NCBI GenBank assembly: GCA_963702845.1
Contig: OY969763.1
Span: 534,719 to 598,718 of the forward strand
Direction of reading: 5' to 3'
DNA from: an uncultured Verrucomicrobiae bacterium
GTDB taxonomy: Bacteria > Verrucomicrobiota > Verrucomicrobiia > Limisphaerales > Palsa-1400
DNA length: 64,000 bases
The translations under genes were made by a program, and so were the position numbers. Positions 31,232-42,578 of this stretch are shown here, piece after piece. The notes beneath the pieces were generated by a model. It did no database searches, was not told the origin of the DNA, and worked only from the letters and a program-made list of their open reading frames with translations. Every line of letters starts with the position of its first letter. Positions within the stretch are counted from its first letter, which is position 1.

Positions 31232-32770
31232 ATGACTCCTCATCTACTTGCAGAACTTAATCTTGGTTCCATCGGCGGCATCGTTGTCGCCGTGGTCGCA
31301 ATTGTCTTTGTCATCTTCCTCTTCCTCGCCATTTTTGCGAGCCGCTACACAAAGGTCGGCCCCAACCAGGTGCTCGTCCTTTCCGGACGTAAACACAGGT
31401 TTCCTGATGCTGAGGGCAACATGCAGGTGCGCGGCTTCCGCATCGTTAAAGGCGGCGGCACGTTCGTTCTGCCCGTCTTGGAAAAAGTCGATGTCCTCTC
31501 GCTCGAACTTCTTACCATCGACGTCCAAACACCCGAAGTTTACACCGTCAAAGGCGTGCCCGTTCGTGTCGACGGCGTCGCGCAAATCAAAATCAAAGGC
31601 GACGACATCTCCATCGCAACCGCTGCCGAACAAGTCTTGAGCAAAAGCATCGACGACATTAAAAACGTCGCCACTCAAACACTCGAAGGTCACCTCCGCG
31701 CTATTCTCGGCACAATGACCGTTGAAGACATCTACCAGAACCGCGATGCCTTTGCCTCGAAAGTCCAGGAAGTCGCCGCCGGTGACATGGCCAACATGGG
31801 CATGGGCATTGTCAGCTTCACCATTCGCGATATTCGCGACGGCCAGGGCTACCTCGACGCCCTCGGCAAACCGCGAATCGCCCAGGTCAAACGCGATGCC
31901 GTCATCGCCCAGGCCGAAGCCGACCGTGACGCGATGATTCGTTCCTCTCAGGCAACCCAGGCCGGGCAGGAAGCCAAATTCGCTGCGGACAGCAAAATCG
32001 CCGAAGCCCAGCGCGATTACTCGATGAACGTTGCCGCCTATCAGGCATCGGTGAATCAAAAGAAGGCCGAATCTGACCTCGCCTACGATTTGCAAAAATA
32101 CAAGACTGGTCAGTTGGTCAAAGCCGAAGAAATCCAGGTCACCATCATTGAGAAGCAAAAACAAATCGAGTTGCAGCAACAGGAAATCCAGCGCAAACAA
32201 CGCGAACTCGAAGCCAACGTCCAAAAGCCTGCTGACGCTGAACGTTATCGCGTCGAAACATTGGCCAACGCGACAAAGTTCCAACTGGAAACCGAAGCTG
32301 CCGGTGCCGCCTCGGCCGCAAAAGCCAAAGGCTTTGCCTCCGCCGACGTCGCAAAAGCCACCGGTATCGCCGAAGCCGAAGCGAACAAAGCGCGCGGTTT
32401 GGCTGAAGCCGCCGTCATTCAGGCGCAGGGCTCCGCGACTGCCGAAGCAATGAAGCTCAAAGCCGAATCCTTCAAGCAATATAACGAAGCCGCCGTCATC
32501 GAAATGATCGTCCGCATCCTGCCTGAAGTAGCTGGCAAAATCAGCGAGCCGCTTTCCAAGACCGAGAAGATGGTCATCATCAACAGCGGCAACGGCCCCG
32601 GCGGCGGCGCGAGCAAGTTAACTGGCGACGTCACCCAAATCATGGCGCAATTGCCACCAGTTATCGAAAGCCTCACCGGCATCAAATTCGAGAAGCTCTT
32701 GGAACAAGTCCCAGCCTTGCGAAACGCAATGGAGAACAACAAAAAGACTCCGCCGGCGGGCGAAGCATAA
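31232..32770 (+). CDS. floT: flotillin (SPFH/band-7 family, FloT-like)
   Basis: N-terminal transmembrane helix, an SPFH domain (VKGVPVRVDGVAQIKIKGDD...) and a long Ala/Glu-rich coiled-coil, in an intact 512-aa ORF. Confidence 0.85.
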   Translation: MTPHLLAELNLGSIGGIVVAVVAIVFVIFLFLAIFASRYTKVGPNQVLVLSGRKHRFPDAEGNMQVRGFRIVKGGGTFVLPVLEKVDVLSLELLTIDVQTPEVYTVKGVPVRVDGVAQIKIKGDDISIATAAEQVLSKSIDDIKNVATQTLEGHLRAILGTMTVEDIYQNRDAFASKVQEVAAGDMANMGMGIVSFTIRDIRDGQGYLDALGKPRIAQVKRDAVIAQAEADRDAMIRSSQATQAGQEAKFAADSKIAEAQRDYSMNVAAYQASVNQKKAESDLAYDLQKYKTGQLVKAEEIQVTIIEKQKQIELQQQEIQRKQRELEANVQKPADAERYRVETLANATKFQLETEAAGAASAAKAKGFASADVAKATGIAEAEANKARGLAEAAVIQAQGSATAEAMKLKAESFKQYNEAAVIEMIVRILPEVAGKISEPLSKTEKMVIINSGNGPGGGASKLTGDVTQIMAQLPPVIESLTGIKFEKLLEQVPALRNAMENNKKTPPAGEA

Positions 32771-32816
32771 AACATTTGTAGTAGCCGACGTCAGGAGGCT
32801 CTAGGATAAACGGGCG

Positions 32817-33402
32817 ATGTCCCCTCTAACACATCTCCTCGCCAGTTGGGTAGTTGCGGTTCAAACAACCGACAACCCGCGCGACACCAGGCTTGTCGCT
32901 TTGGCAGGTGTTGCGCCGGACTTGGATGGGTTGGGAATCCTGGTTGATTGGACGAATCAATTACTCGGTCGTCCTGAAACCGATTACTATCATATCTATC
33001 ATCATTGGTACGGTCACGGATTACTCGCGGCGTTAATAGTTTCAGCCGTTTTCGCCGGCTTCGCAAAGCAACGCTGGCGCGTATTCGCCCTGGCTCTTGC
33101 AATGTTTCATTTGCACCTGCTGTTTGATTTAGCGGGATGGCGTGGTCCGAGCCCAAAAGACTTGTGGCCGATCTACTATTTCGGCCCTTTTCGATACCGA
33201 CCTATGTGGGTGTGGCCGCACCAATGGCCACTCGACGGCTGGCAGAACCACACCATCACTTGGGTCCTGTTGATTTGGGCAACTTGCATTGCCCTCAAAA
33301 AAGGAAAGTCGTTTTTTGGAGTATTCAGCCACCGCTTCGACGACATCTTCGTGACCGTTATCCGCAAATGGAAAACGCAAATCGCCGCCCGCGTCGCCGG
33401 CG

Positions 33403-33410
<8 letters not shown>
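32817..33410 (+). CDS. membrane-bound metal-dependent hydrolase (YdjM/DUF457-like)
   Basis: 197-aa polytopic membrane protein with His-rich motifs (HIYHHWYGHG, HLHLLFD). Confidence 0.45.
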
Positions 33411-34824
<1,414 letters not shown>

Positions 34825-35037
34825 TTTGACCGAGCAGATTAAAGTCAGCGCAAGGAATGAAAAGAGCAAATTGTGGATCTCCTATGTTGCAGCCGACGTG
34901 AGAAGGCTCTGACTTTCGTCGGTTATAATTTGAACCTCGTGACGTCGGCTGCTACGAAATGGAGATAATACGTGTAGGTATTATTTATTTGCCAAAGCAT
35001 TGGGCGCAAACGATGCTGAGCGAAGCCGAAACCGTTC

Positions 35038-36156
35038 ATGAAACTGCGCAACTCCAGCATTGTAATCGTGTGCAGTTGTGCCGTTTTTTGCGCTAATGCG
35101 GCATCGTCGGAATGGCCGATGTATCGAGGTGATCCTGCGTTGACTGGTATTTCAACTTCGACTCTCCCAACAAAGCCCGCACTGCTTTGGTCGTTTAAAA
35201 CTGGTGGTCCGGTCCGGTCCTCGCCGGTAATTGCGACGGGCAAGGTTTTCGTTGGTTCGGATGATTCCAAGGTTTACGCGCTCGACTTCACGACCGGGAG
35301 CAAGGTCTGGGAGTTCAAAGCGGATGGTCCCGTCCAGGCGCCGCCTTTATTTTACAGCAACAGAGTTTTTGTTGGTTCTACCGAAGGCGCATTTTTTGCG
35401 CTGGACGCTGCGACAGGCAAACAACTTTGGAAGTACAGCACCGAAGGGAAAATTGCCGGTTCAGCGAATTTTTTTATCAACGCCGGCAAACCAAATCTCC
35501 TGATCGGCAGTTACGATTTCAAGCTGCACTGTTTGGACGCCACGACCGGTAAATCCAATTGGACTTACGAAACCGGCAACTACGTCAACGGCACCCCAGC
35601 CATTGCGAACGGCCAAACTATTTTCGGCGGCTGCGACGCGATTATCCACATCATCTCGCTGGCAAACGGGACCAAAGTAAAAGAAATCCCTGCCGGCGCG
35701 TACATTGCTGCGTCGGTCGCATTGGCTGATAATCGCGCTTACTTCGGCCATTACGAAAACGAGTTTCTTTGTGTCGACTTAGGGGAGGGCAAAGTCACCT
35801 GGCGTTTCCGTGATCGCGAGTTTCCATTTTTCGCGGCAGCTGCAGTGACGAAGGATCGTGTCGTTTTCGGCGGCGATGACAAGGCCGTTCACTGTGTGAA
35901 CCGCGCCGATGGCAAATCACAATGGACCTTCAACACCCGCGGAAAGGTGGACAGTTCACCCGTCGTGGCTGGCGACAAAGTCGTCTTCGGCTCTTACGAC
36001 GGACGGGTGTATATTGTCGGGTTGGCAGATGGTAAAGAGCATTGGTCGTATGAACTGGGGCAGCCCGTGGTGAGCTCACCGGCGGTTGCCGATGAAAAAA
36101 TAGTGATAGGTTGTGACGATGGCACCGTCAATTGTTTTGGCATTAGCAAAAAATGA
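35038..36156 (+). CDS. secreted PQQ-repeat beta-propeller protein (BamB-like fold)
   Basis: Signal peptide, then repeated ...G.V.SSP.......vyvGs.DG.lyAlDa.TGk..W... units. Its stop overlaps the next gene's start (ATGA). Confidence 0.6.
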   Translation: MKLRNSSIVIVCSCAVFCANAASSEWPMYRGDPALTGISTSTLPTKPALLWSFKTGGPVRSSPVIATGKVFVGSDDSKVYALDFTTGSKVWEFKADGPVQAPPLFYSNRVFVGSTEGAFFALDAATGKQLWKYSTEGKIAGSANFFINAGKPNLLIGSYDFKLHCLDATTGKSNWTYETGNYVNGTPAIANGQTIFGGCDAIIHIISLANGTKVKEIPAGAYIAASVALADNRAYFGHYENEFLCVDLGEGKVTWRFRDREFPFFAAAAVTKDRVVFGGDDKAVHCVNRADGKSQWTFNTRGKVDSSPVVAGDKVVFGSYDGRVYIVGLADGKEHWSYELGQPVVSSPAVADEKIVIGCDDGTVNCFGISKK

Positions 36157-37490
36157 GCGCAACGACTGAACAGACCGTGCAAGCGCCACCGTTGGAAAAG
36201 AAAACAACGGCTGGCAATTATTTCGTCTCCAATTATCCGCCGTTCTCGTTTTGGAAACCTGAGTTGGTGCCGGATGTGATCCAATCACTGGACCGCCCGC
36301 CAAAACCTGCTCCTCTTGGAGTTTACCTACACATTCCGTTTTGCCGCAAACGTTGCCATTTCTGCTACTTCAAGGTTTATACCGACAAAGACTCCGCGGC
36401 CATTCGTGGTTACATCGATGCCGCTCTCCAAGAGCTCGAAATCTATGCCGCCAAACCTGTAATCGGTGGACGCTCGGCGAGCTTCGTCTATTTCGGAGGC
36501 GGCACACCATCGTACCTTTCCGTCGATCAACTGAAACATCTCACTGATGGGATGAAGCGATTGATTCCGTGGACTGGGGTTGAAGAGGTCACATTCGAGT
36601 GCGAGCCGGGAACGTTAACCACTCACAAACTTGCCGCCATTCGCGAAATGGGCGTGACTCGTCTCAGCCTCGGCGTGGAAAACTTCGACGATCACATTCT
36701 CGAAATTAACGGTCGTGCTCACCACAGCAAAGAAATCGCGCGCGCCTATTCATTCGCTCGCGAGCTCGGGTTCCCGCAGATCAATGTCGATTTAATCGCG
36801 GGCATGGTGGAGGAAACTGACGCCAACTGGAAAGAGTGCGTGCGCAAGGTAATCGAGATGTCGCCGGACAGTGTCACGATTTACCAGATGGAAATTCCCT
36901 ATAACACGACGATTTACCAGCAAATGAAAACGGCCGGCAAACTGGTCGCGCCGGTCGCGGATTGGGAAGTAAAACGCGCCTGGGTTGCCTATGCGTTCGG
37001 CGAATTGGAAAAAGCGGGCTACACCGTTGGCAGCGCCTACACGGCGGTGAAGGACAAATCGAAGACGAAATTCGTCTACCGAGATCGCTTGTGGGCGGGC
37101 GCAGATTTGCTCGGCCTGGGCGTGGCGTCGTTTGGCCATCTGCAAGGCACGCACTATCAAAACCAGCACGATTTCGAACCTTATGTGAAGGCGGTGCAAT
37201 CCGGCCAATTGCCGATTTTCCGTGCGCTCACCCCGACGGCCGAAGAACGTTTTATTCGCGAGTTCGTATTGCAACTGAAACTCGGCAGCGTCAGCGCAAA
37301 TTATTTCAAAAACAAATTCGGCGTAGATGTGAAGCAGCGTTTTGCGGAGCCGCTACAACGATTGTCCGATTGGGGCTTTGCTTCAATGAACGGAGATATG
37401 ATCCAACTCAATCGCGATGGCCTTCTGCAAGTCGATCGGCTACTCCACGAATTCTTTTTACCCGAACACAGAAATGCGAGGTATGCATGA
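36153..37490 (+). CDS. HemN-family radical SAM enzyme (oxygen-independent coproporphyrinogen-III oxidase-like)
   Basis: CRKRCHFCYF (CxxxCxxC), the SNYPPFSFW N-terminal motif analogous to HemN YTSYPT, and GGGTPS. The 445-aa ORF has a layout collinear with HemN. Confidence 0.75.
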   Translation: MSATTEQTVQAPPLEKKTTAGNYFVSNYPPFSFWKPELVPDVIQSLDRPPKPAPLGVYLHIPFCRKRCHFCYFKVYTDKDSAAIRGYIDAALQELEIYAAKPVIGGRSASFVYFGGGTPSYLSVDQLKHLTDGMKRLIPWTGVEEVTFECEPGTLTTHKLAAIREMGVTRLSLGVENFDDHILEINGRAHHSKEIARAYSFARELGFPQINVDLIAGMVEETDANWKECVRKVIEMSPDSVTIYQMEIPYNTTIYQQMKTAGKLVAPVADWEVKRAWVAYAFGELEKAGYTVGSAYTAVKDKSKTKFVYRDRLWAGADLLGLGVASFGHLQGTHYQNQHDFEPYVKAVQSGQLPIFRALTPTAEERFIREFVLQLKLGSVSANYFKNKFGVDVKQRFAEPLQRLSDWGFASMNGDMIQLNRDGLLQVDRLLHEFFLPEHRNARYA

Positions 37491-38071
37491 TCCGAAGTGA
37501 GCAAAATGTTGCACGTCCCGACGCGCCGTTCGGTCCGCGGGCGGTTTTCTCGGATGTTTATCCGCTGAACGAATTTTACGCCGCCCGCAACACGCCGGTG
37601 CCGACGATCAGTCACGTTCAAGCAACCGAAATCCCTGAGCCGTACAAATCGCTGCTCGTCCACAAGACGGACATGACGTCAAAGCTCGAGGCGTTTCATA
37701 ACGGCAAAATCCACATTCAGCCGCTCGCCCGGCACACGACCGACAACGAATATTTCCGCGAAGTAGTTTTAGTGTTGGAACACGCGCTTAAGCCGGTCGA
37801 ATTCGGAGCCATTAAAATCGTTCTCGATTTGTTCTCGAACGAAGCGCAGCAGGAAATTCTGGAAGAGCGCAGGCCGTTGGGCCAGATCCTGACGCAGCAC
37901 AAGATCGCATTTTCCAGCAAGCCGCGCGCTTACCTGCGCGTTATGACCGATAGTTTTATTCAGGCAGCTCTAAACCTCGATGCCGATGCATTCCTCTATG
38001 GCCGTCGCAATACCCTCGTCGACGCCTGGGATCGGCCGCTGGCTGAAATAGTTGAGATACTACCACCATGA
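37487..38071 (+). CDS. chorismate lyase (UbiC)-fold protein
   Basis: 195 aa. The block pattern MTSKLEAFHNGKIHIQPL / REVVLVLE..KPVEFGAIKIV / RPLGQIL / FLYGRRNTL...LAEIVEILP parallels E. coli UbiC (MTKRFEQQGKTVSV / REILLCADGEPWLAGRTVV / TPLGRYL / LWGRRSRL...LTELFLP). The start overlaps the hemN-like stop (ATGA). Confidence 0.5.
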   Translation: MIRSEQNVARPDAPFGPRAVFSDVYPLNEFYAARNTPVPTISHVQATEIPEPYKSLLVHKTDMTSKLEAFHNGKIHIQPLARHTTDNEYFREVVLVLEHALKPVEFGAIKIVLDLFSNEAQQEILEERRPLGQILTQHKIAFSSKPRAYLRVMTDSFIQAALNLDADAFLYGRRNTLVDAWDRPLAEIVEILPP

Positions 38072-39321
38072 GTGAACAGTTTGATGTCATTGTCATAGGT
38101 GCCGGCCCCGCTGGCACATCTGCGTCTGCAATCCTTGCCGAAAAAGGCCGACGAGTCCTTGTGTTGGAACGCGAAAAATTTCCGCGTTACCACATCGGCG
38201 AATCGATGCTGCCATTTTCATTTCAGCCGCTGCAACGGCTTGGGCTCATCGATAAGATGAGGCAGTCGATGCACACGAAGAAATACAGTGTGCAATTTGT
38301 ATCTAAATCGGGCAAAGCCTCCCAACCATTTTATTTTTTCACCCGTTACGATCGCGACACTGTCGCTCAAACGTGGCAGGTGTACCGTGCCGAGTTCGAT
38401 TTGATGCTCATGAACAACGCGCGCGAACGCGGCGCAACCATCAAAGAAGAAATGACAGTGTTGGAACTTTTGAAAGAAGGCTCGCGTGTAGTCGGCGTTC
38501 GCGCCAAAGACAAAGCCGGCGTTATACAGGAATATCGCGCACCAATCACGTTGGACTGCTCCGGCAAAGAAGCCTTCGCCGCCTCGCGAAATAACTGGCG
38601 CACACGTGATCCTTATCTGAACAAAGTCGCCGTGTGGACATATTACAAAGGTGCAAAACGTGACGAAGGGATTGAAGAGGGCGCCACGACCGTTGCCTAC
38701 GTTCCGGAAAAAGGTTGGTTCTGGTACATCCCGCTACACAGCGACATCGTCAGTGTTGGCGTTGTTGCCGAAGGAAAGTATTTAACGCGCGATGGCGTAC
38801 GCGATACCAAAGGAATCTTCAATCGCGAGGTCGAACAAAACGCGTGGATCAAGGAACACCTGTCTGTCGGCCAATCCACCGGCCAATATTATCTCACGAA
38901 CGAATACACGCACCACGCGCGGCATTGCGGCACGGAAGGACTGCTCCTTGTTGGCGACGCGTTTTGCTTTTTGGACCCGGTATTTTCTTCCGGTGCGATG
39001 CTTGCATTGAAAAGCGGAATCATGGCGGCAGACGCGGTCGACGAAGGGTTGCGCGCCAATGATCTATCGCCTTGTCGGTTTGAGGACTATTCCAAAACCT
39101 TGCGCGAAGGTGTCGAAAACATGCGTAAGTTGATTTACGCCTTTTACAATCCGAAGTTTAGTTTTCGTGCCGTGACCGACAAATATCCTGATGCAGCCGG
39201 CTGGATTACCGACTGCCTGTCCGGTGACGTGAACAAAGACTTCTCGCAACTGTGGAAGTGTATTGAGGAATACGTGCCGCTGCCGGAAGCTTTGCCCGTT
39301 GGCGCGCCGTTGGTCAATTAA
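38068..39321 (+). CDS. FAD-dependent oxidoreductase of the flavin-dependent halogenase family (WxWxIP motif)
   Basis: GxGxxG (VIVIGAGPAGTSA), HIGESMLP, and the halogenase-signature GWFWYIPL. The start overlaps the previous stop (ATGA). Confidence 0.7.
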   Translation: MSEQFDVIVIGAGPAGTSASAILAEKGRRVLVLEREKFPRYHIGESMLPFSFQPLQRLGLIDKMRQSMHTKKYSVQFVSKSGKASQPFYFFTRYDRDTVAQTWQVYRAEFDLMLMNNARERGATIKEEMTVLELLKEGSRVVGVRAKDKAGVIQEYRAPITLDCSGKEAFAASRNNWRTRDPYLNKVAVWTYYKGAKRDEGIEEGATTVAYVPEKGWFWYIPLHSDIVSVGVVAEGKYLTRDGVRDTKGIFNREVEQNAWIKEHLSVGQSTGQYYLTNEYTHHARHCGTEGLLLVGDAFCFLDPVFSSGAMLALKSGIMAADAVDEGLRANDLSPCRFEDYSKTLREGVENMRKLIYAFYNPKFSFRAVTDKYPDAAGWITDCLSGDVNKDFSQLWKCIEEYVPLPEALPVGAPLVN

Positions 39322-39335
39322 CGCAAACACCAGAC

Positions 39336-42300
39336 TTGGCTCGGGTGCGACGCGCTTCTACAATCGAAGCGGTGAATTCGCGCGTCTTCAAAATTTCTAT
39401 TTTGCGGGTTCACCTTGCCCTCGCGCTTCTTCTTTTCGCGCCGGTCGCCCTTTTGGCTCAACGCAGTTCTAATTGGCGCATCTACCGTGCTTCGGACGGT
39501 ATGCAGGAATCGATTTGCGTTGGTCTCAGCGTGAGTGCCCGTGGCGGTCTTTGGGTCCATCATCCAGACCGCACCCGCGTGAGTTGGCTGGACGGTTATG
39601 AAGTTCGCAAAGTTTCTTTTCCGGGTCTCGCGGCGTCGCACGTCTACGAGGGCCGCGTCGGGCAAATTTGGGCGTCGTATGCCGGTGGCGTGCAGGAATT
39701 CAAAGACGGCAGTTGGGTGCGCTATCCGATTGAAGCGCTCGCTGGAAAAGGCGAAAGCGTTCTGCTGCCATTGCGGCAAGGACAAGTCGTGGCTCTCTCG
39801 CCAGAGCGGCTTATTTCGTTTACCAGCGAACCGGCTCCCGAAGCCACGACGATTCGGCAATCGAGTGCGACCACGCTAGGCCATTTCACCGACATCATTC
39901 GCAGTCGCGATGGCGGCGCGTGGATCGCGGGCGAAAACGGCATCGGCAAATTCGCCTCTGTTCGCCCCCTTGATGCAACCACGCCGCTCAGCGAACACGT
40001 CCCGGAAGCTGCCTTGGACCTCACCAGATTTACTGCGCTCGTGGAAGACGAAGACGGCAACATCACCGCAGTCGCTCAAACCGGCGATGGAAAAAAAGCC
40101 GTGGTTTATTGGGATCAACGTCAATGGACGAAGTTGCCGGTGCCCACGGCGGATGTCGTCCAGGCCTGGCACTCGGGTGATGGCACTTTCTGGGAGTTGG
40201 CTCCCAATGCCTTGGTGCACCTGCGCAAAGTCGGTTCGCATTGGCAGGCCGAGGATGAAGTCGTTGCTGCTCATTACTATGAGGCTGCGTGTGATATTAA
40301 TGGCGCGTTTTGGGTAGCGACGTCCGAAGGCCTCTATCGCTACGCACCAATGCTTTGGCAAACGGCCGCGAACCTTGAAAACTCCGTTTCGTTGAACATC
40401 GCGTCCGGCAATGACCAACGGCTTTGGTGCCTCAGTTCTGCAACGTTGTTCGGGTTCAATGGCGCGACGTGGTCGTCCGTTCAATTGCCAGACGAATTGA
40501 AAAACTCGAGCGCTCCTGCAGAAGTCACACAGGAACTCTCCAGTTCGAAAGTTTTAGTCGGGGCCGTTGATCGGCTTTTTATTTTTGATTCCGCCACGAG
40601 CCGCTTTTCACCGTTGATTCACCCGGCCCATCTCCGGCTGAAACTTGTCGGCACGACGAAGGAAGGGACAGCATGCCTTCAGGCTTTGTCCAGCAACAAC
40701 GAGGTTCACCTGGAGACGTTCGATGGCCAGCAATTCAAGCCCTTGTTGACGATTTCGACGAATGTCGTTGGCGACGACATACGTTTTATGTTCACTGCGC
40801 AGAACGGAAACGTGTGGGTTTCTGGCGATAAAGAATTGGCTTATCTGGAGGACGGTAAATGGCAAAAGACCGAAATCGGCAGCGCGGCGTCAGGACCGGT
40901 GATCGCGATGCTCGAAGTCGGCCCGAACAAATTATGGGCAGCATTGCGCGATCGCATCACGCAATTTAACGGCAAGGAGTGGACGGTCGTTCGTTCGGGT
41001 TTTGACCGCGTCAACGGAATGATCAAAGGCCGCGACGGCAGCGTCTGGGTGGCGAGTAACAATGGGGTGCATCGCTTTTACAAGGGAGATTGGGTCGCAA
41101 ACGGCTTCGAGGAAGGCTTGAGCAGTCTCGCCGTGCAGCAGGTCGTGGAAGATTCGTTGGGACATGTGTGGGCGGCGACCGCTCGAGGTCTAAACACGTT
41201 CCACCCCGAAGCTGACACTGATCCTCCAGAAGCCATGATTCAACCGGTCGCCGCCGAATCGATTTCTACCGAAGGCAATCTCTCGCTCGACTTCGCTGCG
41301 CGCGATCGTTGGAAACAAACACCACCTGATCGATTACTATTTTCGTATCGCATCGACGAACAAGATTGGTCTCCGTTCCAGTCCGATCGCGCGGTCCACT
41401 TCAACGAGCTTGGAGGCGGAAAACATTTCTTCCAGGTTCGCGCCATGGATCGCAATTGGAACATTCACGTCAAACCCGCGTTGTTCGAATTCATCGTGCC
41501 GGTTCCATGGTTTCGCGAGACAAGACTCGTGCTCATTGGCGGAGCTGCGGGGTTGGCCGTGCTGTTTTTCGCTGCGCTGGCTTTTAATCGCCATCGACAA
41601 CTTGTCCGCAGCTATGCGCAAGTTGAAAAGATCGTTGATCAACGCACGCACGAACTTGAAAAGGCCAATCGCGAACTGTTTCAGAGTCAAAAGATGAACG
41701 CGCTCGGCACTCTCGCCGCTGGAATTGCGCACGATTTCAACAGCATTCTGTCGATTATCAAGGGCTCGGCGCAAATCATTGAAACCAGCGTCGACAATCC
41801 GGAAAAAATTCGCACACGCGTCTCGCGCATCAATACGGCTGTCGACCAGGGCGCGGGCATAGTCAAAGCGATGCTCGGCTTCAGTCGCTCATCGGATCAT
41901 CAGGTCTCTCAATGCGATTTGAACCCGCTCGTTCAAGACACTATCCGTTTGCTCGGCGACCGCTTTCAGCGCGAGGTTGAAGTGCAATTCCAACCGGGAG
42001 AAAACCTATCTGCTATTTGTGTTGTGCCGGATTTCATGCAGCAGATCATTTTGAATTTCATCCTGAACGCCGCCGAGTCGATGCTGGGTAGCGGCAAAAT
42101 CAGTGTGAGAACTGGGAGACTGACAGAGCTTCCGACCGAGATGGCTTTAACGCCCGAACCAGCCGCAGCCTACGCGTTCGTTGAAGTGGTCGATTTCGGT
42201 TCCGGCATTGCGCCTGAAATTATGCCGCGCATTTTTGAACCATTCTTTACCACCAAATCCCTGTCGACAAAACGCGGCACCGGTCTGGGTCTATCGATGG

Positions 42301-42398
42301 TTTACGAATTGGCGAAGGAAATGAAATGCGGCTTGAGCGTGCGTTCGAAAGTAGGGGAGGGCAGCATTTTCACTCTGATAGTGCCCGTGGCGCTGTAG
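39336..42398 (+). CDS. sensor histidine kinase with large periplasmic two-component-regulator propeller (Reg_prop / Y_Y_Y-like) region; no receiver domain
   Basis: Signal peptide, about 700 aa of beta-propeller-type repeats, and a transmembrane segment (LVLIGGAAGLAVLFFAALAF). HisKA follows (LGTLAAGIAHDFNSIL), then HATPase_c (GTGLGLSMVYELAKEM...GEGSIFTL). Confidence 0.8.
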   Translation: MARVRRASTIEAVNSRVFKISILRVHLALALLLFAPVALLAQRSSNWRIYRASDGMQESICVGLSVSARGGLWVHHPDRTRVSWLDGYEVRKVSFPGLAASHVYEGRVGQIWASYAGGVQEFKDGSWVRYPIEALAGKGESVLLPLRQGQVVALSPERLISFTSEPAPEATTIRQSSATTLGHFTDIIRSRDGGAWIAGENGIGKFASVRPLDATTPLSEHVPEAALDLTRFTALVEDEDGNITAVAQTGDGKKAVVYWDQRQWTKLPVPTADVVQAWHSGDGTFWELAPNALVHLRKVGSHWQAEDEVVAAHYYEAACDINGAFWVATSEGLYRYAPMLWQTAANLENSVSLNIASGNDQRLWCLSSATLFGFNGATWSSVQLPDELKNSSAPAEVTQELSSSKVLVGAVDRLFIFDSATSRFSPLIHPAHLRLKLVGTTKEGTACLQALSSNNEVHLETFDGQQFKPLLTISTNVVGDDIRFMFTAQNGNVWVSGDKELAYLEDGKWQKTEIGSAASGPVIAMLEVGPNKLWAALRDRITQFNGKEWTVVRSGFDRVNGMIKGRDGSVWVASNNGVHRFYKGDWVANGFEEGLSSLAVQQVVEDSLGHVWAATARGLNTFHPEADTDPPEAMIQPVAAESISTEGNLSLDFAARDRWKQTPPDRLLFSYRIDEQDWSPFQSDRAVHFNELGGGKHFFQVRAMDRNWNIHVKPALFEFIVPVPWFRETRLVLIGGAAGLAVLFFAALAFNRHRQLVRSYAQVEKIVDQRTHELEKANRELFQSQKMNALGTLAAGIAHDFNSILSIIKGSAQIIETSVDNPEKIRTRVSRINTAVDQGAGIVKAMLGFSRSSDHQVSQCDLNPLVQDTIRLLGDRFQREVEVQFQPGENLSAICVVPDFMQQIILNFILNAAESMLGSGKISVRTGRLTELPTEMALTPEPAAAYAFVEVVDFGSGIAPEIMPRIFEPFFTTKSLSTKRGTGLGLSMVYELAKEMKCGLSVRSKVGEGSIFTLIVPVAL

Positions 42399-42457
42399 TG
42401 AAATGATTTTGCAAGTAACCTTGAACTTTGAACATTACCCTTTAGACTCTTGGGAAT

Positions 42458-42535
42458 CGGAGCGTAGCTCAGCCTGGCTAGAGCACTTGGTTTGGGACCA
42501 AGACGTCGCAGGTTCGAATCCTGTCGCTCCGACCA
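42458..42535 (+). tRNA. tRNA-Pro (anticodon UGG), CCA encoded
   Basis: Hand-folded cloverleaf with a CGGAGCG/CGCTCCG acceptor stem. It has the TAGCTCAGCCTGG D-region, a CTTGG-TTTGGGA-CCAAG anticodon arm (anticodon TGG), a GCAGG-TTCGAAT-CCTGT T-arm and discriminator A plus CCA. It is close to E. coli tRNA-Pro. Confidence 0.85.
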
Positions 42536-42578
42536 TTTTCCTTTTGCAGTGCGGACGTCCTGTCCGCATTTTCTTCGG

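Noticed and set aside
31244-32479. 411-aa minus-strand ORF
   Set aside because: It is antisense to the well-supported flotillin gene. Its low-complexity G/F/D-rich translation is typical of a GC-rich antisense frame.
36962-37486. N-terminal 175 aa of track ORF 36962..38071
   Set aside because: This part overlaps the HemN-like gene in another frame. The real gene starts at ATG 37487 (MIRSEQ…) with an ATGA overlap. The upstream part (MGSKTRLGCLCVRR…) is Arg-rich junk.
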